Positions 37,744 to 41,884 of a stretch of 41,884 nucleotides of DNA are shown here, piece after piece. Position 1 is the first letter of the stretch. Each line of letters opens with the position of its first letter. The notes under the pieces were generated by a model, which had not been told where the DNA came from, did no database searches, and saw only the letters and a list, made by a program, of their open reading frames with translations. The stretch lies in the NCBI GenBank assembly GCA_030610815.1, contig JAUWRA010000002.1:1-41884 (forward strand), given 5' to 3'. The stretch is from Methanosarcinales archaeon. Lineage in GTDB: Archaea; Halobacteriota; Methanosarcinia; Methanosarcinales; Methanocomedenaceae. The translations under genes were made by a program, and so were the position numbers.

Positions 37744-38045
37744 AAAATCCATCTGCCTTTAGTGAACACACACTTACCCACCCCACATCTTCATGCGCTC
37801 ACCCATGCACACGACTCCTATCTTGCGGATGCAGCCGACTTCAGTCAGGGGTGGGAAGGCTGAGGCTGTAGAAATGGGGCGTTAATATTCGTATAAGTTG
37901 AAGAATTTTCAAGGCAACTTTTATAGATCAACATCACGGAGAAATCGATGACCCGGACTTAAGCGATTTCAAAGTTCGGAATCATTGATCAGCTCAGCAT
38001 AATCCCCATTACCTATTTAACGCCCCACATTACTATAACACCCTA

Positions 38046-40385
38046 ATGCACAAACCCGAACTATTAGCACCAGCCGGAAGCAAAGAAGCCCTTATCGCAG
38101 CAATTGAAAACGGAGCCGATGCCGTATATTTCGGCGGACCAACCTTAAGCGCAAGGCATGATGCCGCCCTTACCCATGATGAACTTGAATGGGCTATTGA
38201 TTACGCCCACATTAACAAAGCTAAAGCATACGTAACAGTCAACACCCTTATCAAGGATACAGAGCTCGAAAAAGCCACCGAATACCTGCAATTCCTCTGC
38301 AATGCAGGAGCAGATGCAGTACTTGTTCAGGATATCGGTATCGTGCGATTATTAAAGGACCAGCTCCCCCAGCTTCCGGTCCATGCCAGTACACAGATGA
38401 CCATCCACAATATAGAAGGTGTACGATACCTTGAGGAAATGGGAGTAAAACGCATAGTGATTGCAAGAGAGCTTTCCCTTGAAGAGATCAGGAGAATAAA
38501 ATCCCAAACCAACACCGAGATAGAAGTCTTTATCCACGGTGCGCTGTGCTTTTCATACTCAGGCCAGTGTCTTTTCAGCAGCATGATAGGCGATAAAAGC
38601 GGGAACCGCGGCTACTGTACCCAGCCCTGCCGCAGGAAATATATAATTGATGGAGCAAAGGGCCACCTCCTGAGTCCAAAGGACCTCAACATAAGCGAGC
38701 ACATCGGACACCTGATAGAATCAGGCATCGATTCTTTCAAAATAGAAGGCAGATTGAAGCACCCTGAATATGTGGCAGGTGTGGTACGAATTTACAGTAG
38801 TCTTATAGAGAGATATCTTGAAAACCCAGGCGATTTCCATGTATCCTATAATGAACAGCACACACTGCGCCAGCTTTTTAACCGCGGGTTTACACAAGGG
38901 TATTACTTTGGAAATCCCGGCGGCAACCTAATGAGCAGGCAGCAGCCGCATAACCAGGGAACGTATCTCGGACAGGTTGTCAAATACGACTGGGAAAGGA
39001 AATTTGCCTACATACAGATCGAGCAGCCATTAAGGATAGGCGATGGAATCGGTACCCAGGGGCGGGGCACAGGAACTACGGTACGAAGTATGTACATCAA
39101 TAACCAGAGTGTGGAAAGCACCCCTGCCTGTGCAACAGTTAAAATACCCATGGAAAAGACCGTTTACAGAAATGAGACCGTTTTAAAGACGTATGACTTC
39201 AGGCTTATGGAATCTCTTGGGATTAAAGATGTCATGAAAAGAATTCCCATCAAAATGTCATTTACAGCAAAACATGGGGAACCGGCAGCACTTTGCATTA
39301 CAGACGGCGAGAACGAGGTCATGCAAACCGGAGATATTCCACAGCGTGCAAAGGGAGGCCAGATATCAGAAGATTCTATAATCCGGCAGTTGAAGAAACT
39401 TAGCAATACCATTTTTGAGCCGGAAAACATCAAGGTCAATCTGGAAGCAGATATTTTCATCCCAATTTCCCAGCTAAATACTCTTCGCAGGACAGCCGTT
39501 AAAAGGCTTGAAAAAGAACGCACAAAGAACTGGAAACGAACATGCAGCAAACCCTGGATTATTTTCGATGGCCAGAAGATACAAAATAAACCCCTCTCCC
39601 CTCTCCTGTCCGTAAATACTTGCACCCTGGAAACTTTTAAGGCGGCAGTTGACGGTGGTGCGGATGTGGTTTATTTTGGTGAAGAAAATTTCACAGGGCA
39701 TTTGCTTACAATAGAAGATTACCGGTTTGCCATTGAGTATGGTAAGGAGAAAGGAGTGGAAGTCTATCTAGGTACACCAAGAATAGCTAAAAAACCAGAA
39801 GGATTTGATTCATTCCCTGACCACACTGGATTTCTTATAGCAAACACGGGTGTCCTGCATAGTCTTCTTGACTCTGGTAAAAAGTCACTTGTCATTGACT
39901 ATCCGCTTAATGTTTTTAACAGGCTTGCAATGGCTCATTATCTGGAGCACTGCCAGAGGGTGACTCTTTCGCCTGAGCTTACACTGGATGAAATAAAACA
40001 GATAGCTCCCCATGGTATGGTGGAATGTATCGTTCACGGTTTTTTCCCTGTAATGGTATCTGAACATGACCTTTTGGGAGAGCTGTTCCCTGATTATAAA
40101 ATTCATGGTGCCCTGCTGGAAGATGTAAAGGGTTTTACTTTCCAGGTGAAAACCGATGGGGACGGACGTACTTATATTATGAACTCCAGGGAACTGTGTA
40201 TGCTCGACCACATTCCTGAACTGATTGAAGCAGGTGTCAGCTGCCTGAGAATTGAGGCAAAAACGTATGACAGGAAAACTACTGGAAAGTTGACAGGACT
40301 TTACAGGAAGGCTATTGATAACAGGACCAATGGTCACTGCGGCGGCGAATCTACTTCAGGGCATTATTTCAAGGGTGTTTTGTGA
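38046..40385 (+). CDS. Peptidase U32-family Fe-S hydroxylase, long RlhA-like form
   Basis: PELLAPAG, HASTQ, HGALCFSYSGQC...NRGYCTQPCR, LSPKDL, KIEGR, NRGFT; DUF3656-like middle and a degenerate second barrel. Confidence 0.85.
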   Translation: MHKPELLAPAGSKEALIAAIENGADAVYFGGPTLSARHDAALTHDELEWAIDYAHINKAKAYVTVNTLIKDTELEKATEYLQFLCNAGADAVLVQDIGIVRLLKDQLPQLPVHASTQMTIHNIEGVRYLEEMGVKRIVIARELSLEEIRRIKSQTNTEIEVFIHGALCFSYSGQCLFSSMIGDKSGNRGYCTQPCRRKYIIDGAKGHLLSPKDLNISEHIGHLIESGIDSFKIEGRLKHPEYVAGVVRIYSSLIERYLENPGDFHVSYNEQHTLRQLFNRGFTQGYYFGNPGGNLMSRQQPHNQGTYLGQVVKYDWERKFAYIQIEQPLRIGDGIGTQGRGTGTTVRSMYINNQSVESTPACATVKIPMEKTVYRNETVLKTYDFRLMESLGIKDVMKRIPIKMSFTAKHGEPAALCITDGENEVMQTGDIPQRAKGGQISEDSIIRQLKKLSNTIFEPENIKVNLEADIFIPISQLNTLRRTAVKRLEKERTKNWKRTCSKPWIIFDGQKIQNKPLSPLLSVNTCTLETFKAAVDGGADVVYFGEENFTGHLLTIEDYRFAIEYGKEKGVEVYLGTPRIAKKPEGFDSFPDHTGFLIANTGVLHSLLDSGKKSLVIDYPLNVFNRLAMAHYLEHCQRVTLSPELTLDEIKQIAPHGMVECIVHGFFPVMVSEHDLLGELFPDYKIHGALLEDVKGFTFQVKTDGDGRTYIMNSRELCMLDHIPELIEAGVSCLRIEAKTYDRKTTGKLTGLYRKAIDNRTNGHCGGESTSGHYFKGVL

Positions 40386-40487
40386 AAGTATTTTTAGCTA
40401 TTTTATTGTTTAAATGAAGACCGTTATTCTTAATTACAGGAAAGCTCTACAAGCTACCAGACCATAAAATCCAAAGGGGTAATTCCA

Positions 40488-41654
40488 TTGAACGTGCTTG
40501 ACACATCAAAACACACAAAAGATGAATTGACCGAGATACTGAGAAAGGAACTGGCAGATAACCCTATCTTAATTCTCACCGGTCCGCAGGGCGGCGGCAA
40601 GACCACCATCAGTGTCGGAATGGCAGATGAGAATGTTGGTGCCATCTATGAGGGACGGGCACGTTCTGCCCAGCCAGTAATAATTATCCGGAAGGATATA
40701 ACAGATAAAATGGAACAGGAGATTGTGGAACGGCGCAAGCTTCCGATCTTTGATGGGGATGACCCCATATATGTGGATGTTAAAATGCTGGATAAGCTCA
40801 ATTACATCATTGAAGATGTCTTCGATGTAATGGAACTGGGCGAAGAGCAATTATTCAATGAGATATCACAGTTGGCAGCCAAAATAGGGGTTAAACCCAA
40901 GCAGATCGAGATCATTGCTGATGAAGATATACTGGTGAGGCGCAGGCTTCAGCGCCACATGGATGCCAAAGAAAGGCTGGAAGAACTACTTAAAAAGGAA
41001 AAAAAGTATGGTATAAAGTCCAATATGTTGGGTATCCAGGGTGCTAAGGTCCTGGATATATTGAACCGGGAAGGGGTTGGAAACTACGATGACAGCCAGT
41101 TCTCAAGGACTGTGAAGGATTTTGACCGGATACTACCCACCCGGGATATGACCCTTGGCCAGTGCCTGCTTAAGGTAGTGGAGATCTCCAATGAGGAGCG
41201 GAAGGAATCCGGTTTCCTGGTCCTGCATACTGATGATGACAAGCAGAAGATCATCAGCGACCTTGTTGTGGGAAAACATGAGAATTCCATGATCGGTGTA
41301 ACACTGCTGGAAATATATGTAGGGTACAGGCAGAGCCGGCATATGTACCAGACCTATAAAAGCAACCTGGAAGGAAAGGTGGAAGTCATACACTCCTTCA
41401 CACCTGAATTGCAGCTTGAGGTGGGATTCAAGCAACTCGCGGACATGAACCTTGATCGCATTTCCGAAGAGGATGACACCGGATTAGTGTCCGTTGCCGA
41501 CAAGGCAGCTGCTGATAGGTTTGGAATTATCGTCAGTGTAGTGGATACTGACGGTAATATTGAATCATCAGAACCTGAGAGGATAGAGGAACTTGAGCGG
41601 ATAATGTTCGAGGCCTACCAGGAATTCAAGGCTGCCCAGGGTTTGAACGAATAG
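40488..41654 (+). CDS. Uncharacterised P-loop NTPase/kinase-like protein
   Basis: ILILTGPQGGGKTT Walker A; IEIIADEDILVRRRLQR resembles NMP-kinase strand/lid. Confidence 0.65.
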   Translation: MNVLDTSKHTKDELTEILRKELADNPILILTGPQGGGKTTISVGMADENVGAIYEGRARSAQPVIIIRKDITDKMEQEIVERRKLPIFDGDDPIYVDVKMLDKLNYIIEDVFDVMELGEEQLFNEISQLAAKIGVKPKQIEIIADEDILVRRRLQRHMDAKERLEELLKKEKKYGIKSNMLGIQGAKVLDILNREGVGNYDDSQFSRTVKDFDRILPTRDMTLGQCLLKVVEISNEERKESGFLVLHTDDDKQKIISDLVVGKHENSMIGVTLLEIYVGYRQSRHMYQTYKSNLEGKVEVIHSFTPELQLEVGFKQLADMNLDRISEEDDTGLVSVADKAAADRFGIIVSVVDTDGNIESSEPERIEELERIMFEAYQEFKAAQGLNE

Positions 41655-41723
41655 AATTTTTTGCAATATAATAATAATTGATACTAATGTCTAAACACTT
41701 AAATCTTCAGACGATTATAATTT

Positions 41724-41750
41724 AACCACAGAGGACACAGAGAAACACAG
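41724..41750. repeat. Left arm of periodic palindromic element (CACAGAG unit)
   Basis: AACCACAGAG-GACACAGAG-AAACACAG; same unit as the 27884 element; right arm not seen. Confidence 0.65.
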
Positions 41751-41884
41751 GCGTGCCGAGATAAATTCATACTCGCCAGTTGGTGCAAATCCAACCTGAG
41801 GAAAGGCTAGCCACCACCTCTGAACTGAACCCCGCACCCAGTCTGGTAACAGACTGTTGTGAAGCTGGGGGGATGGGATAATAG

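Noticed and set aside
26893-37900. Intact integrative element or provirus at tRNA-Gly
   Set aside because: No integrase, no viral or conjugation genes, and no duplicated tRNA 3' end was found by eye.

Overview
Archaeal DNA from a Methanosarcinales-type genome, probably ANME-2-like (inferred from the fpoA-O operon, Alba, NfnAB, ADP-forming acetyl-CoA synthetase, several multiheme cytochromes, and BRE/TATA promoters with GGAGGTGA Shine-Dalgarno sites). Left 1-4.7 kb: a >1040-aa secreted parallel beta-helix protein fused to a multiheme cytochrome c region. It runs off the left edge and is absent from the ORF track. A membrane-anchored pentaheme cytochrome and a V4R-like gene lie divergent from it. 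4.9-26.9 kb is core metabolism: nfnAB, a Nox/CoADR-type flavoprotein, rtcA, kptA, acdAB, albA, DUF366, fpoABCDHIJ1J2KLMNO, a tRNA methylthiotransferase, a purP-family gene and tRNA-Gly(CCC), plus two structured ncRNA candidates. 26.9-37.9 kb is a variable region next to the tRNA: a decayed PIN toxin-antitoxin pair, an envelope/ABC exporter cluster headed by four tandem DUF2178-like paralogs and an XRE regulator, a dapB fragment, and a methyltransferase-DsrE pair with apparent ATT starts followed by an attC-like palindrome. Right end: a U32/RlhA-like hydroxylase and an orphan P-loop protein. Short palindromes built of three 9-10-nt units, each with a different core sequence, are scattered through intergenic DNA. 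All calls come from manual reading; no database searches were run.
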